Below are positions 1-13,430 of a stretch of 64,000 nt of DNA, piece after piece; position 1 is the stretch's first letter, and each line of letters opens with the position of its first letter. The translations under genes were made by a program, and so were the position numbers. Under the pieces are notes generated by a model. The model was not told the origin of the DNA. It saw only the letters and a list, made by a program, of their open reading frames with translations, and did no database searches. This DNA comes from Strigamia acuminata (Eukaryota), in assembly GCA_949358305.1 (NCBI GenBank), contig OX442314.1, forward strand, positions 28,458,001-28,522,000, in the 5' to 3' direction.

Positions 1-1975
1 TTCTTCTTCCAGACAAAGATGTTTACCTCTTGAAGTTGAGCAATTCTCTTCCACTTGGCATTCCCAGCTTAAGGCTAGATAATATTGAGCTAGGTTAACT
101 CAACTGAAATCTAGCCAAGCCTAGAATGTTGGTCTGTTTGCACTGATAACTGTAGGAAAAAATCCACTTACAGATGTCAGAAGAAAAAAGCATTGCAGTG
201 CAACATGGACAAAGGGAGAGTACATAAACCTATAACCCAAAAAACAATTACAGTTTCAACTCTTGATACCTAGCACAGCCTGTAGTTAATGCATCTTTGA
301 ACTAGTTGAAGCAAAACAAAGGAAACTCCCAGGGAATTTATCCAAACTGCAATAGTGAATGGAAGTAATGTCAACTGCAAACACCAGGCAGCTTATAAGC
401 TGGCTCTATATCTAGATTGAGTATGCTCAGTGAAGTTGCCATCAGAACTGTCTAGTAAGACTTTCTGGAGAAATTGTAACCACTTTTGCTAATAGATTTA
501 GGAGATGTGGCAAAATGACAACAATTTTCATCCAACAGACACTTGCAGTATTGTATCCAAAAATAAGAAATCATAACTTATGTTTTTTTTTCTTCTTTTT
601 ATTGCATTCTTTATTTTTTTATTTATTTCAAATATTAAACTTGTTTTCAACTGCATCAACAGAAAATGTCAACATTTCTTAAACAATAATGTGTGTGTTT
701 TTGCCCCTTGAAACTCGAGTTTCAGTGCACTCACACAAATGAAATTAACTTGTCATAGAAATGTAAGTAAAGGAAATGTGATGTTTCCAGAGTTGCAAGA
801 AGAAGCTCCAAATTTGGACAATTCTTGCTCCAACAAACTGATCTTGTGACTAATTTTTATTGAATTGAAGCTCAGCAGAGTATAATTTCATCCAATTAGA
901 ACTCTACTCAACCTTTCCCCTAATTTTCCTCACTATAGTAACTGCATTTCACAGTTTTCCCACTTCCAGTACGTCATCCAGAAAATAAATGTGCTTTAGT
1001 ATCAGTATCTATAATTCTGCAATCTTTTTTTATTTAGAAAAAGAAAAAAAAAATCTTCAGAAATTTTTTTTCGAAGATCATTGAAGAGAAAAAAAATACA
1101 TTTGAGCCAAAAACATCTTTGGAATTTAATGGCTTGAACAAAGTAACAACTCCCAAACTAGAATAAAAAAGGTTTAGAATTGTCATGTTGACAGATCCTG
1201 GTCCTCAGTGCAGAGAAAAACAAAAAAATCCACTTATAAAAGATTTAAAATGGACTTTTCGAAAAGCCGCCGCTTGTGACTTGTACCACACCACGACTAA
1301 CTTGTAGATGCATTAACTAGCCCACTTGCATCCACAACACTGTCATCTGCAAGATTAAAACCTAGATATAGATCCCTGGATGCAATTTACAAAAAAAAAA
1401 AAATAGGCCTAAAATCTATATGAAATTTGACCACATGTGTGAAAAATATTTATTTTTGCTTTTAGCTGGCTAATATCAATTTTCTTTGTTTTATGGAAAA
1501 ATTCTGCATAATTTTGAAGCTGGGATGTACATGCAATGGAAAAGTACAATATTTTGCTTGTAAATATGTGGTGAGGGTTCCATTTTTTGGAAAAAGGAGG
1601 AAAAAAATTCAAAATGAAGCAACGCTCAGTGAAGAAGACTTTTCCTGCTATTGATTTTCCCTTCTGTAAAGAGGATCTCTCTTTTTCCTCTCTCTGTGAA
1701 GGTACATGTCTCTTGTTATTCTTGAATGGTGATAAATGGAACTATTAAAATGCTGCATGGACAATTTGTTTTAAAGTGAAATTAATGCAGCTGACAGAGT
1801 AATGTAGTAGGCTAAATCTTTTTTGGTGGGCTGCAGTAATTATTACAAATTTGACTCCAATGCAGATAAACAAAAACTACAGAAATCTGTAATTAGTGAT
1901 GTAAATGTACTCTATTTTGCACACCGTACTAAATATAAATTGTAAATGTATTACATCTTTACGTTGAATTCTATA

Positions 1976-2390
1976 CTCTTGTTCGACTCAAAAGAGTGGC
2001 CTTCTCCCATTGGCCGAGCCCTATCACTGGTGTAGTGATCCAAAAATATAGACCCAAACTCCAGAAATACATTACAATGTACAGACATTGTAATCGATTG
2101 CCTAGGTAACAGCCAAAATTTCAAAATTGTTTGTTTTCCAGACAAAGCAACCAATAAACAGAACAAACATGAGTTTTACATTTATATGTGCATAAAACTT
2201 TATTTCCTAAATGGAAATAACATTTTATAATAAAATACAATTAAAATTATATCAATTTAAATGGTCATAATAATCTAAAAAATAAATAAAAATAAAAACT
2301 ACTTCTCCTAGTGGTAGTTATACAGACTGGAGTTAGGAGTAATGCGGCTCGGCCAATGGGAGAAGGCCACCCTTTTGAGTCGAACAAGAG
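1976..2390. mobile_element. MITE with ~45-bp terminal inverted repeats, TA-flanked (Tc1/mariner-like)
   Basis: CTCTTGTTCGACTCAAAAGAGTGGCCTTCTCCCATTGGCCGAGCC at 1976 is matched in reverse complement ending at 2390; TA on both sides; no ORF. Confidence 0.8.
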
Positions 2391-2449
2391 TAGAAGTGCA
2401 TACATTGTGTAAATTGAAAGTGTAGACATACATTGTGTGGATTGTGAGT

Positions 2450-2906
2450 GTACACTTACAATTTACAGAATGTATGTCTACACTTACAATTTACAGAATG
2501 TATGTCTACACTTACAATTTACAGAAGGTATGTATAAACTTACAATTTACAGAATGTATGTAAATGTATTCATTTGGTTGTAGTGTAAATGTATATACTT
2601 GGCTGTAGTCTAAGTACATACACATGGCTGCAGTGTAAATGTGTACACTTGGCTGTAGTGTAAATATATACACATGGCCGCAGTGTAAATATATACACTT
2701 GGCTGTAGTGTAAAAGTATACACTTGACTGTAGTGTAAATGTGTACACTTGGCTGCAGTGTAAATATATACACTTGGCTGTAGTGTAAATGTGTACACTT
2801 GGCTGCAGTGTAAATATATACACTTGGCTGTAGTGTAAAAGTATACACTTGGCTATAGTGTAAATGTGTACACTTGGCTGTAGTGTAAATGTATACACAT
2901 GGCTGC
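2450..2906. repeat. Minisatellite (28-bp then 25-bp units, e.g. ACACTTGGCTGTAGTGTAAATATAT)
   Basis: Visible tandem units; explains the repetitive ORFs at 2512-2940. Confidence 0.95.
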
Positions 2907-4021
2907 AACAATTTCTGATAATAAGAAACTGTACATCCAATTAGATGATGACAATTTTGACCAGTGCTATCCCCTCAATAATCTGCAATAATAACAAAGA
3001 AAAGACTGAACCTATCAACAAGCCAATCAAATTGACAGTTCCATTATCTTTTCTATCACACCTCCAAACTACAAACATCAATAAAGCTGATGACACACCA
3101 GGCAATATATAAAACCATTTTTTTCACATCACTTCACTCAATTCTTTTCTCACAACCAAAAGATATCAAAATTCCCCAGAATCCATAAACATTGTCCAAA
3201 ACAGACATACATCAATCTGCAAGAGACTCAAAATAACCTTAGCAACATTTCTGCAGTCTCAAACCTGCAGTATCAACACTGAAACAGAAATAAATTAAAC
3301 AAGTATTGCACAGTGTGGGCACATCAAGAATTCCTCAGCCATTTTAGCCACTTAACCACCACGCTTGTCGTTGGTGTTGAATTAAATCACAAGATAAATT
3401 ACATTTCAGAGAGAATGTGTGACAAAAGAACAACAACTATGCTGCCAACCAATCCATTAGAGCTGAGATCAAAGCTGGGGGTTGTGCTTCACTGCTTCAC
3501 TCTAAAGACAACCAACTAAGCAATGGAGGGGAACAGCAGAGCACTATTATCCCTGCTCTGCAGTAATTGTGCAAGTTACTTCACCCATGGAATCATAGCA
3601 CCAAAAGATTACTCACCAATCCATACTGACCATCCAGGAGCAAGTAATCACCTTAAAAGGAACAGTTTCTTTCTTTTACAGCTTCAAACCCAACTTTTTT
3701 ATTGCAGTTTTACCACCTGAGTAGAAATATTGCAAACTTTGATAACCCCACACTTATCAACACACATGCCAATGCTGTGGGAGATTCTATTTTGTCAATA
3801 TCAAAATAGAAATGAATGACTGCTCCCCAATGTATGAGAAAAGTGCATTGTAAGCAGAAAATGTGTGTCAGGATACTTTTAGCCATTTTTAAAAAAGGAT
3901 TTCCCCTGCCACTGGTCACTTGCTATCAAAATGTGTTCATGCTTGCAGATTTCAAAGTTACCAAAGAAACTTTCAGAACTGCAGCGTAACGAAATTGATC
4001 AAGTCCGTGATAACCAGTATA

Positions 4022-4404
4022 CTTCAAACCGATACGACGTAGTCCTAAATCCCATTGGTTGAGCCGTCTCACTGGTGTAGTGGCACAAAAAAGTAGCCCA
4101 CAACGCCAGAATTTTAATCTAACTAGGCAAAACAACCAATAAAAAACTAAACCTTTGTTGACCTGCCAAAAGAAACCAACGAACTAAGCTAACATTGTTT
4201 AATTTGATTAACAGGGGAAAAAGCTTATTTTAGCAAATAAAATAAATATTTTATTGCCAAATAAATAAAATCCATCATTCTAATCACTTTTTACACTGAA
4301 ATTCATTGAAAATAAACAGAACTACTTTTTTGCGTAGTAGAGCACAGTTAGGCGTAATCCGACTCAACTGATGGGAGTTAGGACTACGTTGTATCGGTTT
4401 GGAG
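4022..4404. mobile_element. MITE related to the 1976-2390 element
   Basis: ~44-bp imperfect TIRs (CTTCAAACCGATACGACGTAGTCCTAA / TTAGGACTACGTTGTATCGGTTTGGAG), TA flanks; shares internal TCACTGGTGTAGTG and CAACCAATAAA with the first element. Confidence 0.75.
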
Positions 4405-4980
4405 TATAGTGGTATATGTTAATTGGATGGGTTAATACCAATTTTGGTAGATGTGTCCAGTGTAACATTCTGGTCAGAACTCAATACTTCAGGTCTGCTC
4501 CTTTTGCATCTAGGATTACCAGGTAAATAAATAAATAACTTCCCGCTATTTCACATGTTAATTTTAGGAGTGTCGTGTCAAATGTTAATGCGATGACTAA
4601 TACATGATGCAAGCGCAGATCTTATCACTATCTCAAAAGGAAAATACAAAAGCAAGAAAAGTGACCCATAAGCCATACCCATTGCCACTTTTCTTTCGCA
4701 AACAATGACCTTTTTTAAATCAAATCCGTTAACCAAAAAGAACAATTTCCTTCAATCGTTCAACTTTTCCTTCCAAGTTCTTTGCGTAAACTGCGCCATG
4801 TGAGAGCAAAAAAATAGTGCGGAAAAAAGTAGTGTGGAATAAAATCACTTTTAGTGAAAAATAAAGAATAAATAGTGTGCCAATAAATACAACCCATGAC
4901 AAAATGTCTAATCCAAAATGTTTAATGCCAAAATCAAACAATGTCTAATGCCAAAATGTCTAATAATTTTTTTCTAAGAA

Positions 4981-5021
4981 CCTAACCTAACCTAACCTGA
5001 CCTGACCTAACCTAACCTAAC
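4981..5021 (-). repeat. Short interstitial (TTAGG)n-like tract
   Basis: Eight CCTAA/CCTGA units on the plus strand; TTAGG is the usual arthropod telomere repeat and also occurs inside arthropod TEs. Confidence 0.8.
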
Positions 5022-6279
5022 ATTAAATAATACCTGCACCAACTTTATCCACAAACTATTGTACCCTTCTTACCGTATATAAAACCACCTTGTGTTATGT
5101 TTCAAAAGCTCTTTCGAAATAAGTGAATTAATCTTGTGTTTACACTAGTTTATGAGGGATATTGACTCGGCTTTATTCCGAAAAGTGTCTACAAATTACA
5201 GCCATAAACCGACAGAGAGCGCGTAACTGAACACAACAAGTGACTTGGGAGGTCTATAATAGCCAGCTATTCACTCAAAATTCAGCTTTCAGCCATTTTC
5301 TGAGTGGAATGTGACTTCTAATCTAAGCATAAGTGCTCCAGTCAATCCCTTGCACATAAAAAAATTATGTTGGGGGATAAATATGCAAATTAGCTTATTA
5401 ATTTTCAATTAGGCAAAAAAAATTGAGGAAATATGTCATTCAAACGTGGAAATATATATTTACAAAGTAATGTATGAAAAACATGTTAAAATTACACCTT
5501 TCAAACCCCCTGAAAAGAGGAAAATCATAATTTAAAATAAAAAAAATATATAATAATCTAATACAGTATGAATAATTCAGAATCCTAATTGGACTTTGGA
5601 GACCCACCACATTATTTTTTTTTCACTTGCAAAAAAATGGCATTAAGTGAAATATTTCACAAAAATACACCATTAGTGCACATAAAAAGTGGCACTTTGG
5701 AAATTAGAAAGGAGAAACAAAATAAAATTATGTGTCTTTAACCAATTAAGTAACTATCTTTGAAGTTAGACCGAAAGGAAATGTTTTTAAAACCTTGTTT
5801 GTGCGAAACCCTCGGGCCCCCTGCTGATCACATATGTCAAAATGGATCAATTTCAACCTACTCTTTTCTTTTCTTTTTTCCTTTGCTTTTTCAGGACTCA
5901 CTTCGGTCTTCGACTCATGAATTGCAAAACAAACCGAGCAATTTATCACGTTTTTTAGGGCTGTGTGAAAGTAAATAATAGAAATTAAATAGTGTGAGTG
6001 GTATGCAAGGATTTTAAACCTCTGGCAATGCGTTTAATTGTTCGTCGAGTTCAGCAAAATGCATTTGTTTCGTTTTTTTTAAACTGAATGAAAAAAATAA
6101 TTTTAAAAAATTGGAATCTGACAAAAACGTGCTGAGCGACACTTCGATTGATTGTGTCATTTGTTAGAACTAGACATATTGACATCTGGCGACAAAAATA
6201 AAAGTTAAAATGTAAGAAAAATATTAAACAGTGGAAGGCAACATTCAATCAAATTCTTGGACGCTTTTTGTGATTTACA

Positions 6280-7031
6280 ATCAGCTGCAAATCCAAAAAA
6301 TCAATTGCAAATCCAAGAAATCAACTGCAAATCCAAGAAATCAACTGCAAATCCAAGAAATCAACTGCAAATCCAAGAAATCAACTGCAAATCCAACAAA
6401 CCAGTTGTAAATCCAACAAACCAGTTGCAAATCTAACAAATCAACTGCAAATCCAACAAACCAGTTGTAAATCCAACAAACCAGTTGCAAATCCAACAAA
6501 TCAACTGCAAATCCAAGAAATCAACTGCAAATCCAACAAACCAGTTGTAAATCCAACAAACCAGTTGCAAATCCAACAAATCAACTGCAAATCCAACAAA
6601 CCAGTTGTAAATCCAACAAACCAGTTGCAAATCCAACAAATCAACTGCAAATCCAACAAATCAACGCCAAATCCAACAAACCAGTTGTAAATCCAACAAA
6701 CCAGTTGCAAATCCAACAAATCAACTGCAAATCCAACAAACCAGTTGTAAATCCAACAAACCAGTTGCAAATCCAACAAATCAACTGCAAATCCAACAAA
6801 TCAACTGCAAATCCAACAAATCAACTGCAAATCCAACAAATCAACGCCAACTCCAACAAATCAACTGCAAATCCAACAAATCAACTGCAAATCAACTGCA
6901 AATCCAACAAATCAACTGCAAATCCAACAAATCAACTGCAAATCCAACAAATCAACTGCAAATCCAACAAATCAACTGCAAATCCAACAAACCAGCTGCA
7001 AATCCAACAAACCAGCTGTAAATCCAACAAA
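6280..7031. repeat. 20-bp minisatellite (TCAACTGCAAATCCAACAAA and variants)
   Basis: More than 35 tandem units visible. Confidence 0.97.
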
Positions 7032-7629
7032 TGACCTCCAAATTAGCCATAAATTATATCAGCACGCTGGTGTCAACTCAAAACTAAAGAAATAAATTAC
7101 AAGTGTTGGGCCCGGAATTTCAATTTAACATAAAACTATCTTTTTCTTTTCATATGGTAATGTTGCCTACTGACATAAATCTGCAGTTGTCTATTTAAAA
7201 AAGCGAACTAAACTCTCTTTTTGGATCATTTTCAACTTTTTCCAATAAAATAGCACTTCTCCTACTCAAATCTCAGCCTTACATCACTGCCAACAATGAA
7301 ATGGAAATGCCATTTTGGCTGTAAAAGCAGAAATAAAAATCTGTTATTGTAAAATATCTTAGGATGGAAATTGGCTTAACATGTGTAACAATGTAACATC
7401 AGCACCATTTAAAATTGCAATATATATTTATTTCATTACAACTTGAGCATTTGTGTTGAACAAACAAAGATTTATCGCCTGAGATACCAATTAACATGTG
7501 ATTTAGTAGCTACTAAATACATTTGTAGTAATTGCACATTTAGTCAATAATTTAATCTTCGTGTGTGCAAACTCAAGTTTTCGGAGTAAATAGTCTCATT
7601 CAATATGGATGCCTCCTGCCTCGCTCTAA

Positions 7630-8656
7630 CAAGGGGAGAGCACCAATAAGCTATCACAGATTGTTATAATATTAAACAAGAAGGATTGTTATATCATGCT
7701 GAATGAGACCCTAAAATAATTTTATTCCATAGACAGCCAACAATGCAAACAATGAGCTCAAAGTTGGCACTATTTTGTCTGTGTATACATCAAATCTGAG
7801 CAATCAGGCCTAGTGTATGAATACTGTAAACAACAGTTGCTAGGTAAAAAATAGTCCCAAGATCCAAGTTCAATTTTATCATTTGAGATTCAATGATGTC
7901 ATTTCCTCTTTTGATATCACATGACATATGACATCAGAACTTTGTTCAACAACATGACTGTCTTCATGAAGACAATAATAGTTTGTAGTGGTGGTCCAGT
8001 GGTTCAGGCAATGGACTAGGAATCTTTCCACACAGGTTCAAATCCTGGTGTGTGTGAAAATTTTTTACTTTTATTTTTTATTTTTTTTTAGCAGTAATTT
8101 TAATGTTTGTAATTTTATGTTTGTTTTTAGAAAACTTTAATTAATTAATTTTAATTTTTTAACAAACATAAAATTACAAACATTAAAATTACTGCTAAAA
8201 AAAAATAAAAAATAAAAGTAAAAAATTTTCACACACACCAGGATTTGAACCTGTGTGGAAAGATTCCTAGTCCATTGCCTGAACCACTGGACCACCACTA
8301 CAAACTATTATTGTCTTCATGAAGACAGTCATGTTGTTGAACAAAGTTCTGATGTCATATGTCATGTGATATCAAAAGAGGAAATGACATCATTGAATCT
8401 CAAATGATAAAATTGAACTTGGATCTTGGGACTATTTTTTACCTAGCAACTGTTGTTTACAGTATTCATACACTAGGCCTGATTGCTCAGATTTGATGTA
8501 TACACAGACAAAATAGTGCCAACTTTGAGCTCATTGTTTGCATTGTTGGCTGTCTATGGAATAAAATTATTTTAGGGTCTCATTCAGCATGATATAACAA
8601 TCCTTCTTGTTTAATATTATAACAATCTGTGATAGCTTATTGGTGCTCTCCCCTTG
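7630..8656. mobile_element. Foldback element: two 496-bp inverted arms, 35-bp spacer, TAA direct repeats
   Basis: 7630-8125 is the reverse complement of 8161-8656 (no mismatch found by eye); TAA at 7627-7629 and 8657-8659. Confidence 0.9.
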
Positions 8657-10124
8657 TAAGTGCAGTTCCGTTACATCGTCGTAAAAATGTTTAACCCTAA
8701 AATTCAAATTGATGCAAAAGAAAAACTTTGCAACTCGGTTGAACTCGGCCCTCAGCGAGAAAACAATATTGGAAAAATGACAGCTAATTACTCACACACC
8801 TGGTAATTCAGCACGGAATGGAATAAAGCGGCTCAAGCGCTCGATTCGAGTCACAATTCGACAGTTAATCTTTGTAGGAAGAGTATTGATTTCAACCAAG
8901 ATAACTGTATGAGAGAAACCGCCGAGTGAAAACTAAAACACTCCAATTGTCTACCCTGTTTGGCCAACAATAGAATTTTCCATCTGCCTTTCACGAACCA
9001 ATTTACCGCCATACAAACCACACCAACCACACCGTACAATAAACATACATCCCATCACTGTTGCATGAACATTGTTGAAATAAACAACTGCTCTCAATGA
9101 AAACCAAGTCTAGTCTGATTTAATAATGCAAATGAAGTAAACAAAGAAAACTTAGAATAATAACAGCACTTAATGATATGGCAAAGCATTGTTACTAACA
9201 ATGAAAATCAGGTTTGACGACTGCAAAACAGCATGCACAAACGTGCCTAACTATGAATTTGTTCGTTTATAGGCCTATTTGTTGTATCGTTTTTGCGTTG
9301 CGATCGCGCAAGTACATGGTGCATAAACATTCATTTTCTTTCATTTAATTAACGAATTGTGGTCGTGACCCCCTTATTTAAACATAATTTAGCATTTACT
9401 CACACTCCGGGGGGTGCATGCTTCGCCTGAAAGTGTTTATGACACTTGAAAGTATGATCCGTCGATCTAACTTTCGAGGCGGCCATTTTGAATTTAGTTG
9501 TAAAGCTAGATTCACACTCGTGTTCACACTAGACACAACGCAAGAAAACTGACGCAAAGCAAGCTGCTTGCGTCCAAAATTCTTGACGTTGACACCAATT
9601 CCTGCTTAAACTCCAAGTTGAAGTAAGGGACGCAACGCAAGAAAAGGTCTTGCGTCCAACCAATCACGATCAACTCCAACTCTCGTCAATTCACATCTGT
9701 TTAGCGAGATTATGCCACACGCAAACAGGCCGCCATTGAACTAATTCTAGAACTAGATCCAATTCCAGGTTTCATTGAAACCATCCGATTGACCGGACGC
9801 AACGTCAATTGTTTCATCTCTGTTCACACGTGTGAATGCGCTTACTGTACGATGTCTATGCCAGAATACATGTGCTTTAATGTATTTATAAACATCTTGG
9901 AAAGTTGGATTGGGTGTGCAAAAAAAAAATTGCACAGGATGCTGATAGGCCTTAGGCTGGCCCTGATTATGGGCTCTTTTAAAAGATACTTGTATACAAA
10001 TCACATAAGCTGCACCACTTTTCTCGCCACGCAGTACCAAGTACAACAGAAGTTCTTGTTTAAGATGTCCTCAACTCAAGGGAGGTGTCATCAGAGGGTC
10101 AAATTACACAATTTTTCCACTTAC

Positions 10125-13100
10125 CACACTGAACTTCATCAGAATTATCTTGACAGTCATTTTCTCCATCACATTTCCAGGAAAGTGGAATACATTTGTT
10201 GTTTGTTCCACATGAGAATTGATGATTGGAACATTGACCTGCAATTAAAAGATGTCAGAATCAGAAACTAGCATTCTTAAAACAATTATAAATTTTTGCA
10301 TGTGGAATGAAATTTAAATCCAGAATTGTTTGAAAGGAACTTTTAAGCAGGGAATAAAAAGTAATGGCAATTTTTATATTTTTGTGTTTTTATTTTTTTT
10401 CACAGAAATTGTTTACTGGTGAACAATAAACTGTGAAAATAAAGTTGTATTGCATGAAAATAAAATGACATTAATTGCAATTTACTGCTGAGGAGAGTCA
10501 TCATAAATTTTTCTTGTTAAAACATGGAGCTATTACACTTGAAAGGGGAAGTTCCCTAATTTTTTTTCCTTCGTTTTAAGTGCAAAAAGTGTGCCACATA
10601 ACTGCATTGTTGATAGCATTAACTCAGAGCGCTCTGGTATTGACCAACATAAATTAAATTTTCATTTTATATGTGTTGGAATCAATTTTTTAACACGTTT
10701 ATGTTGTTTTAATGTTGTCTCGATGTCATTCTTACAAAACGACATCAGTATTGATTATCTAATCGTTGAAATTCCACTCAGTGTTGTATTTACATTGCAT
10801 TTGTAATCCATTTCGTAAAAGTAAGAGGCGGATTCAGAAAACGTAAAAAGGGGAAGCCATTTTGGTTTTCATTTTTTCTAAAAAATAATTTTTCTTTGCT
10901 TAAAAATATATTTTTTTAAATGTTTTGGTCAAGAAAAAAAATGATTGCGGTCAAAAGATCGTTGCTTTTGCTTTAAAAAAAATTTTTTTGTCGAAAAATG
11001 GATTTGTGGGATCTAAAAATAAATTTTTGGGTCTAAAAATAAATTTTTGGGTCTAAAAATAAATTTTTTGGGTCTAAAAATAAATTTTTTGGGTCTAAAA
11101 ATAAATTTTTCGGGTCTAAAATGGATTTCTTAAGTCTAAAAATAAATTTTTGGGTCTAGAAATAAATTTTTGGGATCTAAAAATGAATTTGTTGGGTCTA
11201 AAAATGAATTTGTTGGGTCTAAAAATGTATTTTTTGGGTCTACAAATGGATTTTTTAGTCTAAAAATGAATTTTTGGGTCAAAAATGGATTTTTGGGTCT
11301 AAAAATGGATTTTTGGGTCTAAAATAATTTTTTTTTCTAATGATCAAGGGGGTGGTCTATCCCCCAACGCACCCCTCGATGCACCCCATGCTAAAAGTGT
11401 TGTACCCGCTTAGCAATTTTTGTTTCACTTTTTTTTTTAAAAAATTTAAAATAATTGTTTCCACTTAACGTAATAATCGTTAGACAATTTAATGAACTGT
11501 CGCTTTAATAAATGTGTCCAGTTTGAAAGGCAAAAAAAGGAAATTAAATTATAATCTAAAAAAAAAAAAAATTGCCCACCTAAGTCAAGTAGGTAGTTAC
11601 ACACCCAACGCCCACATAAATCAAAGTGTGCGCTTGATGGAAAATTATTGTGACTGCACGATTAATGATGGCTGACATTTAATTTACTTTTTCTCTCGCT
11701 ATCCGTAATCTTCAAACGGGCATTCGCAATCCATCCCTTTGATATCGTTAATTGGGAATGATGGAACTGTCTGCAAATGCTTTTCTTATTGCAATTTCCA
11801 ATTTCAAAAATTTCTTTAAAAAAAAAAATATTTTTTTTTTTAAATTTAAGAATATAGAAAAGTTTCCAACTGGTTTTGCACCAATTTTTTCTTCTAAAAT
11901 GAGGCTTCAAGCTTAATTTTAATTGTTCTTTGGACTATTTTACAGCAAAGACAGCTTATGGTGGATTAATAGTGATTATTGAGGTATCTCCACACTGGTT
12001 TCAGTCCTATCTTAGGATTTAATGAGGATTTTATCCTTTGCGGTGAAATTGTCTTAGCGAAGAAGTCTACGCTTGATATCTCGACGCCGAAATCAAACCG
12101 AAAAAACCCGGTCTGCTTAAACCATCCTCTGCTACCACTTGCACAGAAATAATAACACTAACTGCATTCAAAAATTAAAATACTTGTGTTTTAACAATTT
12201 TAGTTTAAGTGTATTTTAAGTTTTAACGCGGGTTTAAACGTATAGCATTTCGCAGAATTAAGTACAATGCGATGCAATATAATTTCGATGGCGGGCACAG
12301 ACTACTGTTGTGACCGTTTAATTTCATAAGAAACATCTATCTCAATGCGCACTTTCTTTATGATAATAATAAAAGTGATTTTAATGACATTAATGGCACT
12401 TTAAACTTTAATTTCATGGATTTTAAATCCGCTTGTTTGCTTGATAATAAATCTTGATGGAATTTCAAATTCTCAATGAATTTTTAAAAAGAAAGGATGC
12501 ATCTGCTACACAGATAAAGTGAATCGCTATTGGGCTTTCCTAACATTTGGTTTGCTTCAATGTTTATTTTCACTTCAAGTATCTAATACTTGGTGCGGCT
12601 CCCACAAATTCCACTACATTTTTCATTTAAAATGGAATTTCTGTTCACACCATTCAAAAAAAAAAATTAATAATAATTATTAACACAAAATCCAATTTAG
12701 CTACCATTTTTCAAATAAAAAAATAAAAAATAATAATCAACTAGTACAGTTGATACTTAATAACCAATGTGATCATATACACCCAACCAATCACATCGCA
12801 CATCAATTTTAAAAAAAATCTCCAATTTCTCTTTATGAAACCTACTTTTTTCTACCGATATACGCATCGATAACATTTCGATCAGGGACTCCGAGTGGGT
12901 TCAGGGCCCCCAAAAGATTTTTCAAAATTTTTCAAAAATTTTTCCAAAAAAAAAAAAAAAAAAAAAATCCTGCCCAATTAAAAAATCAAATAATCAAATA
13001 AAAAACAAAACAATCTTCACAAAAACCTCGGGTTCCGGGCCCCCGTGGGCCCCCGTTTGAAGCGAAACACGAAATTCCATCATCATCGCGATGAAGGCCT

Positions 13101-13430
13101 CCGCATCTCCACACGGCCTGATCTAAATTCCCGCCCAACGATTAAAACCACGCTTGCATGACACATTTGCACCTTACAACACAATCAGCCATCAATTTAA
13201 ATAAAGCGGGGAAAAAACAATAAATATAAATTCACACATCAAGGTGAAAAAAAAAATTTCTCCTAAAATTCCTCTTCTCTGCATCACGTGAGAAGGAGAC
13301 CGAATAAAAGGCAAGTGGACTCGTAAACGGATTCGCCAAACTCACCTTGTGCATATGATATCCTTTGTAGGATGACTAATAGTATGAAGGTGATGAAACA
13401 ACTAAGGTGTATGTTTGGCCGTAAAATCAT
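10125..13430 (-). CDS. LDL-receptor-family protein (LRP/VLDLR/LpR-like), 5' part only; two coding exons seen
   Basis: Exon 13430-13346 encodes signal peptide [28 protein letters not shown] followed by GTGAGT; phase 1-1 exon 10238-10125 encodes [37 protein letters not shown], a canonical LDLa repeat with AG/GTAAGT borders. No further exon found in 1-10124, so the gene continues off the window. Confidence 0.85.
11020..11330. repeat. 20-21-bp minisatellite (GGGTCTAAAAATAAATTTTT)
   Basis: About 15 tandem units. Confidence 0.93.

Noticed and set aside
2512..2940. Cys/Tyr/His-rich ORFs
   Set aside because: Translations of a 25-bp minisatellite, open in several frames
3617..3651. Possible 35-bp minus-strand micro-exon of the LDLR-family gene (AG..GTGAGT)
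   Set aside because: Would shift phase 1 to phase 0 and has no LDLa signature; unsupported without RNA data
4835..4880. ~45-bp exact match to 32376-32420
   Set aside because: Most simply a dispersed repeat fragment; no boundaries or function can be assigned
6280..7031. CRISPR-like regular repeat and Q/N-rich ORFs
   Set aside because: No unique spacers, eukaryotic context; plain minisatellite
9753..10271. 160-aa and 97-aa ORFs
   Set aside because: No recognisable motifs; the real coding signal is the LDLa exon on the minus strand
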